Positions 25,541 through 37,879 of a DNA stretch of 56,708 bases are shown piece by piece (position 1 is the first letter of the stretch; each line of letters starts with the position of its first letter). A program made the position numbers and the translations under genes. Source of the DNA: Tubiluchus corallicola. Its lineage: Eukaryota; Animalia; Priapulida. The DNA lies in assembly GCA_030141605.1 (NCBI GenBank), contig JAQGDQ010001187.1, positions 1 to 56,708 on the forward strand, read 5' to 3'. Below the pieces are notes generated by a model. That model saw nothing but the letters and a program-made list of their open reading frames with translations. It did no database searches and was not told the origin of the DNA.

Positions 25541-26766
25541 ACGCGTAAAACCTATATTATATCATGTAATATTATATGCTAATTTATATTTAATAATGCA
25601 TATAATGCTGGCTTCTAAATCTCTTTATGTTAAAAGTTACAGTCTGTCAGGTAATAATCCTTCTATAATGGCAGGCGTTTTCACAGTTCCAGCGATTGAT
25701 GATGATCGTGAAAAGGTCAATGGTTAAGTTTTATGTGTGCACACAACATTTGTGTACACTTGACAACGCCGCGCAACCAATGCTGTTACCTTAGTAACAG
25801 TTTTAACAGTTAGCTAGAACCTTACCTAGTTCATTTTTTCCTGTTCCCAAGCAAGATCCTGCTAGTAAATCTCTCTATGCACAAATTAACGCATAATTAA
25901 GAAACAGCCGTGTAAAATAACTGAAGTGGCAGACGGCTTTGCTTTACACACGTCACGTGACGGTTGTAGTTAAGACGCGTTGCTGTGCTATACTCAACCT
26001 TTGACCTGCATCAACTGCGCGTGCGCACAACTAAACTGTAAAATGATTTATTATACAATGAAATTGTTAAAGGCAAACGACAGGAAATAATTGTTATTGT
26101 TATAATGAAATTGTTGGCATTCGGTAAACGACAAATTCTGTCACGCTCAAGACCTGATTGTTTAGAAAACGGTTTTTGGAAAACATAAAAATAACAGGAA
26201 TTTAGTGATGCTTCGTCCTACACGGAATATTATAACACCTTTTACATTAAATTCATTTATTCTCATTATATCACAGGTATAGATAACAACTGTGATGATG
26301 ACGTCACATATACGACATCAAAGATTATTAAAAAGATAGATTATATGTAAGCCTTCAATTTTGCTGTTCAGAGATGGCTTTAGTGTGTTTATGAAATATA
26401 CCACCTTGATTAGTACGTTTGTTTCTTAATTGACGGAATCCATAATTTCAAAGTTGTCATGCTACAATGGCTTCTTTACGACCTTACTGGCGTTCAACGG
26501 AAAGTGAATTATTTATACGGTGTACTAGGCAGCTGAGGTCTCTCTTAATCTGATCAATTTTAGAATCGCGACAAAAAATTTTTAAATTTATTAGTCAAAC
26601 CAAGTGTTGAACCCCGAAGTTTCCTCTCTGGAGAGATTGTACCCAGGATGTTAAACAGTGTCACTTTACAACTCACGTGGTTGCTTCTTTTGACTTGCAG
26701 TCTTTACTTACAAGCATCTTCTTAATCAAAGTTCAAACTTAACACTTTTTGAGATGAAATCTTTCA

Positions 26767-27432
26767 AGGACAAGAAAAGGGGTACCTGAAGTAGGTCACA
26801 GAAAAATCGCTTTAAAAATTATATTACTTTACAGCAATTTTACGCGTATATCGTGTTCGCGTTGAAAGGAATTTTTGTTTGTTTTTATTTTACATCTCCC
26901 GCAATACTGTTACGAAGTCGCCATTACATGACGTCATGTACGCACAACGTAAATCAGGGGAAGAAAAGGAAATGTCAAATTATGCCCCAAAAAATTTTGC
27001 ATTTTGTAATGTAGAGTATTACTCAGCATTTCGCTTACCTGCTGGAAGACTTGTGTAACTAGAAATAATAATTTAAAATGTTTGTGCCAATTGGTAAAAT
27101 GTCGTTGGCTCTACCGCCAGGGTGCACCACTCACTAACCAGAAAACGTATTTTTAATCTTATTGACAGGATACAGTCATTTAAAATTTTACCTAGTGCCG
27201 TGTGCGCAACGAATGCTCTGATTATTTTATCAAACTTTACTCAATGTTATCTAAACTTGTTTTAAACGACCTATCGTCAAAATGACTGCGTCTAACGTCG
27301 CCCGAGTTTAAATTTACATGTTTTTACAGCGTTAATGCCGACGCAAGCCCTGCATGCAAAACGACAGTAGGTGGTATAAAATTTCAATATAATTTTTCTA
27401 AGCTTTAAGTAAGTGGAGGGTTTTCTTGTGCT
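26767..27432 (+). mobile_element. Kolobok-like non-autonomous element, family C, copy 1
   Basis: TIRs AGGACAAGAAAA ... TTTTCTTGTGCT with degenerate TTAA flanks (TTCA / CTAA). Inverted match to 45038-45689. Confidence 0.78.
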
Positions 27433-27839
27433 CTAAAGAATTGATGATGCTACGTTTAGTCTTAGTTCCTCACCTCTTTGTTACAGACACGTATTTTAAC
27501 TACAAAGATAATTAAGAATACCTGCAAACTGATTGCGTTGCATCCTTCTGATACGAATGTTCCTCAGAGGATTATTAAAGAAAAGTTCACGGCGTGTTCG
27601 TATACTTTGATGACAATTTTAGCATTCAAAGATCCGAATGCAGTACTCAATTTGACCACTAGGGTGAGTTGTCACGTGATTGTAAATTTCCTTGGTGTTG
27701 CTGTTGCTAATATGTCAATTGATAGAACTTGTACCATAGCATTCAGTTTTTAGTGAACAGAAAGTCAGTCACATTCCAAAAATCGTATAATTTACAGTCT
27801 TGTCTCGCGTGCTATTCCCACGCTCCTATGTGGCATAAT

Positions 27840-28348
27840 CAGGCCCTATTTCAAGGGGGGGAAGTGGGGATACTTCCCCGGGGCCTCACCTTCCAGGGGG
27901 CCTCGTGCCGAGGTAACATTTTTTGCTTTATGCGAGCATACTGCCTCTTCTCTCCCTCTCTCTCTCTCTTGCCGCACGCGTGCCGCTTGCCTCGTGCGGC
28001 TCGGTGCCTATGTTCAGCTGTTTTCAGTTTCGGAATTTCTAACACCGGCTTGTACGGAAGTGAGATTACAGCATTACATATTGCAAAGATGTTGTTTTTG
28101 ATTTGACTGTTTGACAAGTATTAAGGACTGGTCTTGAGAATAAAGCAGTTTTTCTTTCAATTGTTCTTTCCTTTGACAACTGTATAACTTCATATTTTCT
28201 CTTCGAAAATGCTTCTCCGGCATTCTAGCAGTTCAAAAATTTTCTGGGCGCCAATCATAGTAGCGCCCGCGCCCGGCGCTTCGCCCCCCTCGATGGGGCC
28301 TCACACGCCCCACTTCCCCGGGCCTCGCTTAGGCTGAAATAGGCCCTG
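27840..28348 (+). mobile_element. hAT-type MITE family H1, full-length copy
   Basis: TIRs CAGGCCCTATTTCA ... TGAAATAGGCCCTG. Perfect 8-bp TSD GGCATAAT (27832-39 and 28349-56). Confidence 0.9.
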
Positions 28349-29214
28349 GGCATAATTCAAAAAGACAAAAAGCAGATATAGAGAAGACCCTAGTTCATGC
28401 TCCTTATGTATCAATGATATTGTCGCTAGGAAACTTCATAAATGAACTTGTCACGTGTTTAGAAATGTTTTGGCCATGCTTAGACTAATGATCGAGTCCT
28501 CAATACATTACATTTTCAGGCGTTTCATCGATGTATTCTCATGTATGTGATTGCAAATATTCCACAAATAAACTTACTTGTGCATACTGTACGGGTTCAT
28601 TGCATAAGTCTCTTTGAGATAAGTATATTCTCTTCTAATAACTCACGATTTGCTTTCCATTGAATACTAGAAAAATTGCGATGAAGCTATTTGATATGAA
28701 AGTTCTGTCACTTTGAGAATATATTTACTAGCTCGAAGGAAGCATATTTCATAAACACTTTAAAACCATCCCTGAATGGCGAAATTGAAGGCTTTCGATA
28801 ATTTGTAATAATCTCTGTAATAGTGATAATAGTCTATCATTGTAATAATCTATGATGCCGTAGATGTGAGGGCATTATCTCATTTGTTGTCCACACCCCT
28901 TAGTACACACAGCTTTTCCAAAATTGACTAAAATGTTGACGTATAAATTGTTAAATATTGGCCTTGTAAGAGGAGAAAACTAGACTAAATATTTCAACAT
29001 TTTGCAATAATTTTGATATTTGAAAACAGACTAGTTCTTTAATGATGTTCATGCTGCCATCAGCTAATAAGCTGTTATTGTATGCGCGTGTACTCCCTGT
29101 TCTCCCATATACTCATCATTTGCTGTCATACTTGCACTATATACATGAGTGATTTTTTTTTCAGATTCTTTCAGAGAGCTCTTAAGGATTCACATATTTG
29201 AAAAACTTCTAGAA

Positions 29215-29233
29215 CGAGAGCGAGCGAGCGAGA

Positions 29234-29284
<51 letters not shown>

Positions 29285-29356
29285 GAGAGAGAGAGAAAAG
29301 GAGAGAGAGAGATTGTGTGAGAGAGAGCGAGAGAATGTGCGTGTGACAGAGACAGC

Positions 29357-29411
<55 letters not shown>

Positions 29412-29457
29412 ACGAGAGAGAGGAGAGAGAGTGAGAGTGCGTGAGAGAGACAGCGAG

Positions 29458-29499
<42 letters not shown>

Positions 29500-29560
29500 A
29501 GAGAGCGAGACAGAGAGAGCGAGAGAGAGAGAGTAAGAGAGTGCGTGAGAGAGACAGCAA

Positions 29561-29628
<68 letters not shown>

Positions 29629-29634
29629 GAGAGA

Positions 29635-29703
<69 letters not shown>
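29215..29703. repeat. Degenerate (GA)n tract upstream of the GPCR exon
   Basis: Visible GA-rich tract. Confidence 0.92.
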
Positions 29704-29704
<1 letters not shown>

Positions 29705-29749
29705 TGCTTCGTTAGTCGCAAAATTATTTCTCTATATCATTACATGTAA

Positions 29750-29767
29750 ATTCTCCCATTTTTTCAG
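29750..29767 (+). other. Candidate 3' splice acceptor of the GPCR coding exon (5' UTR intron)
   Basis: Polypyrimidine tract ttctcccattttttCAG about 370 nt upstream of the ATG, just past the end of the GA tract. Confidence 0.4.
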
Positions 29768-30135
29768 CTTGTAACTGAAATGTTAACATGGTTACTTCAC
29801 ACCGTAACACGACGCATCCTTCTGTGCCTAGTAATTCGAGGATTATGCGGAGATTCATACATTAATGCGGCCGTTTTATTATCGGGATTCCTGCCACGAG
29901 CGATTCTAACTAAGCGAATCAACTCATTGCTGATGCTTCACTGATCTCCTTTAAACCCTTCTGAAGCCCAGCTGGACGCTCTCCCTGGGAAAGCACCGAA
30001 CACGCAAATGAGAACGTGACATAAGGAACATTTTAACTGTTAAATAATGAGGAAACTGTTTACTCTTCTCGATTTCATTCGCGGGGATTTGGGAGCAACG
30101 GGGTTTCTTTGCGCAATGTTGTCCAGCAAGACGTA

Positions 30136-31752
30136 ATGGTGATGGAAAAAGGCGGTCAACAAACCATCGGTACTTCAGCAGAAGATGGCGTCTTCAGCAA
30201 AATGACTACAGAAGTGTGGTGGAACGTTAGCAACGTTGTTAATCTTGACAATGCGACTGCTGACGAAAATAGTCTCATTCCCCACTCGCCAGCGAGGAAT
30301 ATAGCGTTGACGGTGGTGTTCGCTTTGTTAATATTGGTTGTTGTCGTCGGTAATTGCGTAGTGATATTAGCTGTGTATTATGAACACAACCTACGCAGCG
30401 TTACGTATTATTACATAGTGTCTTTGGCCGTGGCTGATCTATTACTGGGTGTGATCGTACTGCCTATCTCAGCCACCTACAAGGTCATGGGTTATTGGAT
30501 ATTTGGACCAAAGGTGTGCTTCTTCTGGTGTGCTTTTGACGTGTTCGTCTGCACGGCTTCTATATGTAATTTGATGGTGATATCGTTGGATAGATACTTG
30601 GCTATAAGTCGTCCAATGCGGTACCCTCAATGGGCCACGCCCCGACTTGGGGTGTTCATGATAGCTGGGGTGTGGGTATTGTCCATGGTTGTGAGTTTGG
30701 CGCCTCTGTTTGGTTTTGGTGTACGAGAACAAGGCGAGAAAAATCAGTGTAACTTGACGGGCGGCATGGGCTACGTGATTTTTTCTGCCTCTGGCTCTTT
30801 CTTTGTCCCTTTGCCGATCATTCTATTTACTTACTATCGCATCTATGTGCTCGCCTTACATCACACTCGCATTATACAGAGCGAGAGGCGTTACATGCGA
30901 GAGATTTCCGGTTACTACGCTGCCTCGCCTAGTCCTGTGACAACTCGCACGAGACAATCCCAACCGAACGGGGCGCCTAAGCAGAGTCAGGTTCTCTCTG
31001 TCCCGGACGAGTCCAGCTTGGGCAAAAGATCGTCTACAGAATCCAACAAGAGCGAGGTTCTCAAGAAGATGACTCACGTCACGCGGACGTTGAAGCGATT
31101 TGGCAGAGAGAAAAGAGCCGCCAAGACGCTAGCGATTGTCGTTGGCTGTTTTGTCATCTGTTGGTTCCCCTTCTTCACCATCTATCTAGTTACCGGTGTG
31201 TGTGAGTCGTGCTCAGTGTCTGAACTAACGTTCGACATCGTGTTCTGGTTAGGCTACTGCAATTCGTGTTTTAATCCGTTCATTTACCCGCTTTCAAACA
31301 GGGAGTTTCGTCGCGGTTTCCGGAAGTTGTATCACCGCTTGTGCTGCTTGGAACGGAGTCGCGGCGGCGGATTTTACACGTCCGGTTCGCCGACCAGCAC
31401 GCGGGGAAACACGGTGAGACTTGCAGAAAATCGCGGAGGCGTGAGACTTGGCGTCAACCTCCCGGACGCCGAGGAAGAGAGTCAAGAACTACATATCATT
31501 CCCGCTTCTAGCGAAACCTCTCTGGGTCAGTTTGAACTTAAACCAAATTCCAACAACAACAAATGCAACGGGGAAACGGCAAACCGATTAGATAATGACG
31601 AAATAGCGGTTAATAAAAGTAATCATTGTAATGACTCTAGCGAACGGTGCACTCCCTCTGCGCTATCTCCAAAACCGAGTACAAGTCTTAGACATTTTAA
31701 TGATTGTTGCCAGGGGCCTTACCAGACAATTAACGTAACGAGCACTCTCTGA
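30136..31752 (+). CDS. Intronless biogenic amine class A GPCR, alpha1-adrenergic receptor-like (alternative: alpha-type octopamine receptor); 538 aa from the first ATG
   Basis: Seven hydrophobic segments with GNxxV (TM1), SLAVADLL (TM2), D3.32 in FDVFVCTASI, DRY, YVIFSASGSFFVP (S5.42/S5.46), REKRAAKTL, CWFPFF and FWLGYCNSCFNPFIYP. N-glycosylation sequons NVS and NAT, and CC after helix 8. An in-frame stop lies upstream at 30034. Downstream ATGs at 30142 and 30202 are alternative starts. Confidence 0.95.
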   Translation: MVMEKGGQQTIGTSAEDGVFSKMTTEVWWNVSNVVNLDNATADENSLIPHSPARNIALTVVFALLILVVVVGNCVVILAVYYEHNLRSVTYYYIVSLAVADLLLGVIVLPISATYKVMGYWIFGPKVCFFWCAFDVFVCTASICNLMVISLDRYLAISRPMRYPQWATPRLGVFMIAGVWVLSMVVSLAPLFGFGVREQGEKNQCNLTGGMGYVIFSASGSFFVPLPIILFTYYRIYVLALHHTRIIQSERRYMREISGYYAASPSPVTTRTRQSQPNGAPKQSQVLSVPDESSLGKRSSTESNKSEVLKKMTHVTRTLKRFGREKRAAKTLAIVVGCFVICWFPFFTIYLVTGVCESCSVSELTFDIVFWLGYCNSCFNPFIYPLSNREFRRGFRKLYHRLCCLERSRGGGFYTSGSPTSTRGNTVRLAENRGGVRLGVNLPDAEEESQELHIIPASSETSLGQFELKPNSNNNKCNGETANRLDNDEIAVNKSNHCNDSSERCTPSALSPKPSTSLRHFNDCCQGPYQTINVTSTL

Positions 31753-31912
31753 TGAATATGGGCACTGACTGTGTACGGTAATTTATTGTCAATCAAGAAA
31801 AATGCTATATTTTGTATAATCAGACAGAGCTTTCCAAAAGGATATAATTTTACTGGGAAATAAAATCTTACATAAATGTGAGAGACCATAATTTGTTTCG
31901 ACTCATTATCCG

Positions 31913-32439
31913 TAATCATGGGTGAGCATTCTCTACCTGATGGCGAATTCGAATCGACTCGAAATCGGGAATTTCCGACTCACATATATGTGAGAGACCA
32001 AAATTTGTTTCGACTCATTATCCGTAATCATGGGTCAGAAGGCGACTTCGAATCGACTCGAATTCGGGACTTTCCGACTCGAATCGAGCCGAATTTCGGT
32101 ATTTTCGAATTCGCACCGAATTTAAAATTTAGTTTTAAAGCTTTTCGAACAAATTTCCGAATCACTAATAAAAACCGGTCTCGCAAAAATCGTGCATATC
32201 AATTGATTTTGTTGTGCAAGCAAGACCGCTAATAATAATGATTAGTTAAAAATTTTGCACAGAAAGTGTAGCGCAATTTTGCTAATTGCAAGACATTTTA
32301 AACATTTTAATGATAAAGAACGTATGTAGTTGAATCACTGAATTATTCGAACGCATAATTTTTTGTTCGAATCGAATTCGGAGTTAAAAAACTCGTTCGA
32401 GTCGAATTCGAGTCGAAAGTTCGATGCTCGCCCCTACTA
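31913..32439. mobile_element. Putative MITE with TTCGAA/GAATTCG-rich subterminal motifs
   Basis: Imperfect inverted ends (taatcatgggtgagcat vs the reverse complement of atgctcgcccctacta) and clustered cgaat/ttcga motifs at both ends. No TSD was found. Confidence 0.5.
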
Positions 32440-33571
32440 TAATTTCACTTCACTAATGTTAATTAGTCATTAGGAATGTTCAGTTTTTCACTGATAAACG
32501 GTAAACGAGTCGTCATCACGCTAAGTAAACTGCTATAAATCTGGTCAATTTTAATTTCATTTATTTACTATTACACGTTTCCTTTTATTGCGTAACTCGC
32601 CAGCCACCATAAGCCTATAACCGTGAGCAGCTAAAGCTGTCTACGTACAGAGATGCTACGAATGGCTCTCAAGAAGTTACTAAGAGACTACAATAAGCCA
32701 ATAGTCTATACGCATTCCAAACATTTACGTCACTAAAGTATCTCTCTGCTGGCGTGCGGGGATCTTACTCTGCGCTAACTAATTATTTTATGAAGCTGCT
32801 TATACATTATGCACACGCAAATTGTATAGAAGAGCATTCCTTTGTCCTAACTGAGACTAGCGTTAAGTAAATCAGCAATATTCTGTCGGACCATTATCTC
32901 TCGAGGCTGATATTTATGTAAAGGTTACTGGTAGGAAAAACATCTTAGCCATGCGCGCTGGCAAGAAGCTGAGATGGCAGAAAGCTGAGTTTCTTGATTA
33001 AACACACGTCGCTTATATATATATAGTTACAGGTTTTCTCTAGACAAATTGGCTTCCGATTGGTTTTCACTCAGAGTGAGAAAATTAAGATCTCCTACAG
33101 AGAAGTGCGTCATAAACGTGGACAGTCAGTGTAACCTTGTCAGAGAAATCGCAGTCACTGTCACAGTCACAGTCACTGTCATTGATGAAGTCTCGCAAAG
33201 ATCTTTTGCAAAAATGAGAGAATTTGGAGGTGAACCCAAAAATGTTTGAACAGATAAATCCAAACAAAATCAGTAATAACAAAGAAAGATTTTAGTTACT
33301 CGAACTGAACTGATGTTCGAACAAATGTGAAATTCAAATATTGATGTAACAGCCTTGAGAACCTCGAAGGTCTTGAAAAGTCTGAATCACCAAGAAATAT
33401 AGGAAAATAAGGCGACTTTTCATACCATGTTTCATTTTGATTTGGGGTACAAACTGTATTATTTACTGCTTTAGTAATACTTCTGATACCAAAATATTAC
33501 TTTATAAACTTAATTGTGAGCGCAACTAGCGATGTATATCATATATTATAATAACAATTTCGTTTAGGATT

Positions 33572-34253
33572 TAGTCCAGGGATAGCACCTTCAGTAACTC
33601 AAAACGTATAGTCCAGGGATAGCACCTTAAGTAACTCAAAACGTATAGTCCAGGGATAGCACCTTAAGTAACTCAAAACGTATAGTCCAGGGATAGCACC
33701 TTAAGTAACTCAAAACGTATAGTCCAGGGATAGCACCTTAAGTAACTCAAAACGTATAGTCCAGGGATAGCACCTTAAGTAACTCAAAACGTATAGTCCA
33801 GGGATAGCACCTTAAGTAACTCAAAACGTATAGTCCAGGGATAGCACCTTCAGTAACTCAAAACGTATAGTCCAGGGATAGCACCTTAAGTAACTCAAAA
33901 CGTATAGTTCAGGGATAGCACCTTGAGTAACTCAAAACGTATAGTCCAGGGATAGCACCTTAAGTAACTCAAAACGTATAGTCCAGGGATAACACCTTAA
34001 GTAATTCAAAACCTATAGTTCAGGGATAACACCTTAAGTATCTCAAAACGTATAGTCCAGGGATAGCACCTTAAGTAACTCAAAACGTATAGTTCAGGGA
34101 TAGCACCTTAAGTAACTGAAAACGTATAGTCCAGGGATAGCACCTTAAGTAACTCAAAACGTATAGTCCAGGGATAACATCTTAAGTAACTCAAAACGTA
34201 TAGTCCTGGGATAGCACCTTAAGTAACTCAAAACGTATAGTTCAGGGATAACA
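33572..34253. repeat. 37-bp minisatellite, ~18 copies
   Basis: Unit tagtccagggatagcaccttaagtaactcaaaacgta. Confidence 0.97.
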
Positions 34254-35344
34254 TCACATAGTTCATCACAGCTTGCCTTCACAGCATTCATGCTGCCCAG
34301 CAGACACCAGCTTACGTCATTTTTTTCAAATATGCCGGCAGCGACGTTCGTTTGGCGGGAGATAAAAATATTTAAATTTCTTTAAGCAAAGCATTCTATG
34401 CGCATATATTGTGTGGTGATTTCTTGTATATTAAAATGCAGTAAATGTTGTTCGAGGGCTGGTTCTTCCTTTAACTCACACAAAAAGGCACCACGCTTGC
34501 AGACCATTTCAGAGGTTTATATTGTCGTTTTCAATTTTTTAACAGTTGTTATAAATATTTATGAAAAGTGACGCTTCGCTAAGGTTGCCCTTTTCCTGGA
34601 CCATCAACTGGCGTGTGCAGTACACTTAACGAATCTATTACTACAACACTAATACATATATGATATCCTGCCTGCCAAAGTAGTAATTATTCACGCTGGG
34701 CTATTACTAATTATAAGCTTGCCAGGAAGAAAAAATTCCGGCACAGATCAATAAAATGGCAGCTATGTGCAGTAGATTCGTTAAGACACGTTGACATGTA
34801 ATTATTGCGGGCTATGCATGACTATGACAGAGGTTAGTTATTTCTTTTGTCCTCAATGACAACTCGTCTCGAATGGCAGCTAGCTCACCCATTTTCGCTA
34901 AAACTCTGTCTATGTTTGGCTTTAGCAGTGGGTTATAATATGACAAAGAAGGCTTTCCCGCTTGCAGTCATGCACATAAGAGACATATAAAAATCTACAT
35001 AAACCAGATACATTGCACATCTCTGTTCGCGTTGATTCTGGTTATTTTCATACTACACTTCATGATGTGGAGGAAGCTTTACTAAAGCCTCTTCTTTTGC
35101 ATCAATCAGTTTATTGACTAAATAATGAATAAATATATTATTATATTAGTGGATGGTTAGGATCGTAAGTGGTTTATCTTGACGGAATGGGGGGGGGGGG
35201 GGGGGTGGCTATACATGCGAATCGTATCTTCTACTACATGAATTACAATTCTTATTTATTATGTCTTCGTAACTGGTCATAGCAAAAAAGTAAGTGGACT
35301 GTCAATTATTCATTCATTTAGTATTCAGCTATAGCGTTGCTTAA

Positions 35345-35679
35345 AGGAAAGCCGAACCACCGAACACAGCTATTGCTTACGTCAGAAACTAACCACAGTT
35401 TACGTAATGGCAGGTACCTCGCTTGCGCGTCAAGCACGTTTGCGTAAGTGTTACAGTATTGCTTAAACGCGTGATGTCACGAAAATGGGCTCTACGTCAT
35501 ATGACGTCATAAACTAACACTCCAGTTCATGGTAATAGTTGTCACGGTACCTCCTCCTACTGGTCGACCACGCGCATGTGACAAAAAGGCGCTGTTGCCA
35601 ATTTTAGCAGATTCGCTGGGCCGCGCGTAGCTTTGAAAGTTTAACGGAATTTGAGCATCCGAGGTAATTATTATTTAAT
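35345..35679 (+). mobile_element. Dispersed repeat family D, copy 2 (begins TTAA|AGG, possibly Kolobok-like)
   Basis: Matches 11775-12094 and is preceded by ttaaaggaaagcc. Confidence 0.7.
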
Positions 35680-35890
35680 GTAAGCTAATGTAGTTTGCCG
35701 ACAGGAGGTTCGAACTCACACCTGTTTGTCTAGTCTCCGTATAAACATCATCATGTAAAGTGTCACATATTTGTCAGTTTATCATCGTTTGTCACTTAAA
35801 ACACTTGAGATGTTTACCGTGTGTTGATTTGGGGGGGGGGGAGGCTGTAGAAAACATGCAAAATAAAATAAGGTGGGGATTTTTTTAATT

Positions 35891-36337
<447 letters not shown>

Positions 36338-36579
36338 TTAATTATGTGGTGGGTAACACCAAAACTCGACCTGCATGATATTTTATTATTTGTTACATTT
36401 TTTCTGCAGGAGAAAAATAACGGAAATTCACTAATTAACTGGTTTCACCGGGGGTCGTAAGGTTTCGCAAACTTCCGTTTTAATTTTCTCTAACTAATTG
36501 TTTTTCTTATTTCTCATGTTTTATGCTACAGAACGGTAAAGCGTATTTGAAATGTTATCATTTTTTATTTTCTTCTGGT

Positions 36580-37716
36580 ACTTTGTGGCTTGGCCAGGGT
36601 TAGCATAAACAATGAGTGACTTTGTGGCTTGGCCAGGGTTAGCGTAAACAATGAGTGACTTTTTGGCTTGGCCAGGGTTAGCGTAAACAATGAGTGACTT
36701 TGTGGCTTGGCCAGGGTTAGCGTAAACAATGAGTGACTTTGTGGCTTGGCCAGGGTTAGCGTAAACAATGAGTGACTTTGTGGCTTGGCCAGGGTTAGCG
36801 TAAACAATGAGTGACTTTTTGGCTTGGCCAGGGTTAGCGTAAACAATGAGTGACTTTGTGGCTTGGCCAGGGTTAGCGTAAACAATGAGTGACTTTGTGG
36901 CTTGGCCAGGGTTAGCGTAAACAATGAGTGACTTTGTGGCTTGGCCAGGGTTAGCGTAAACAATGAGTGACTTTGTGGCTTGGCCAGGGTTAGCGTAAAC
37001 AATGAGTGACTTTGTGGCTTGGCCAGGGTTAGCGTAAACAATGAGTGACTTTGTGGCTTGGCCAGGGTTAGCGTAAACAATGAGTGACTTTGTGGCTTGG
37101 CCAGGGTTAGCGTAAACAATGAGTGACTTTGTGGCTTGGCCAGGGTTAGCGTAAACAATGAGTGACTTTGTGGCTTGGCCAGGGTTAGCGTAAACAATGA
37201 GTGACTTTGTGGCTTGGCCAGGGTTAGCGTAAACAATGAGTGACTTTGTGGCTTGGCCAGGGTTAGCGTAAACAATGAGTGACTTTGTGGCTTGGCCAGG
37301 GTTAGCGTAAACAATGAGTGACTTTGTGGCTTGGCCAGGGTTAGCGTAAACAATGAGTGACTTTGTGGCTTGGCCAGGGTTAGCGTAAACAATGAGTGAC
37401 TTTGTGGCTTGGCCAGGGTTAGCGTAAACAATGAGTGACTTTTGGCTTGGCCAGGGTTAGCGTAAACAATGAGTGACTTTTGGCTTGGCCAGGGTTAGCG
37501 TAAACAATGAGTGACTTTGTGGCTTGGCCAGGGTTAGCGTAAACAATGAGTGACTTTGTGGCTTGGCCAGGGTTAGCGTAAACAATGAGTGACTTTGTGG
37601 CTTGGCCAGGGTTAGCGTAAACAATGAGTGACTTTGTGGCTTGGCCAGGGTTAGCGTAAACAATGAGTGACTTTGTGGCTTGGCCAGGGTTAGCGTACAT
37701 AACGAGTGACTTTGTG
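36580..37716. repeat. 39-bp minisatellite, ~29 near-identical copies
   Basis: Unit gactttgtggcttggccagggttagcgtaaacaatgagt. Confidence 0.97.
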
Positions 37717-37879
37717 ACTTTGTGACCTATTACATCTTACGGTTTTGCGTAAGCGAGCCGCTTTCATCTGCTAAAAGCTGTGATAAGTTAATTTACCCTT
37801 ACAGAGGCAGGCAGGATTTTAACAAAGTTGTTACGCAGGCGATAGGTACTGGTACTACAAAGTAGCGTTTATGTAGCAT

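Larger units (their letters stand above)
22016..25556. mobile_element. Foldback-type DNA element with perfect 24-bp inverted ends and inverted subterminal arrays
   Basis: TATAGGTTTTACGCGTCAAATGTA (22016-39) is the exact reverse complement of 25533-56. The outer TA/TATA may be the TSD. Confidence 0.85.

Noticed and set aside
30109-30135. TTG start given in the ORF track for the GPCR
   Set aside because: This is a eukaryotic gene; the first in-frame ATG is at 30136.
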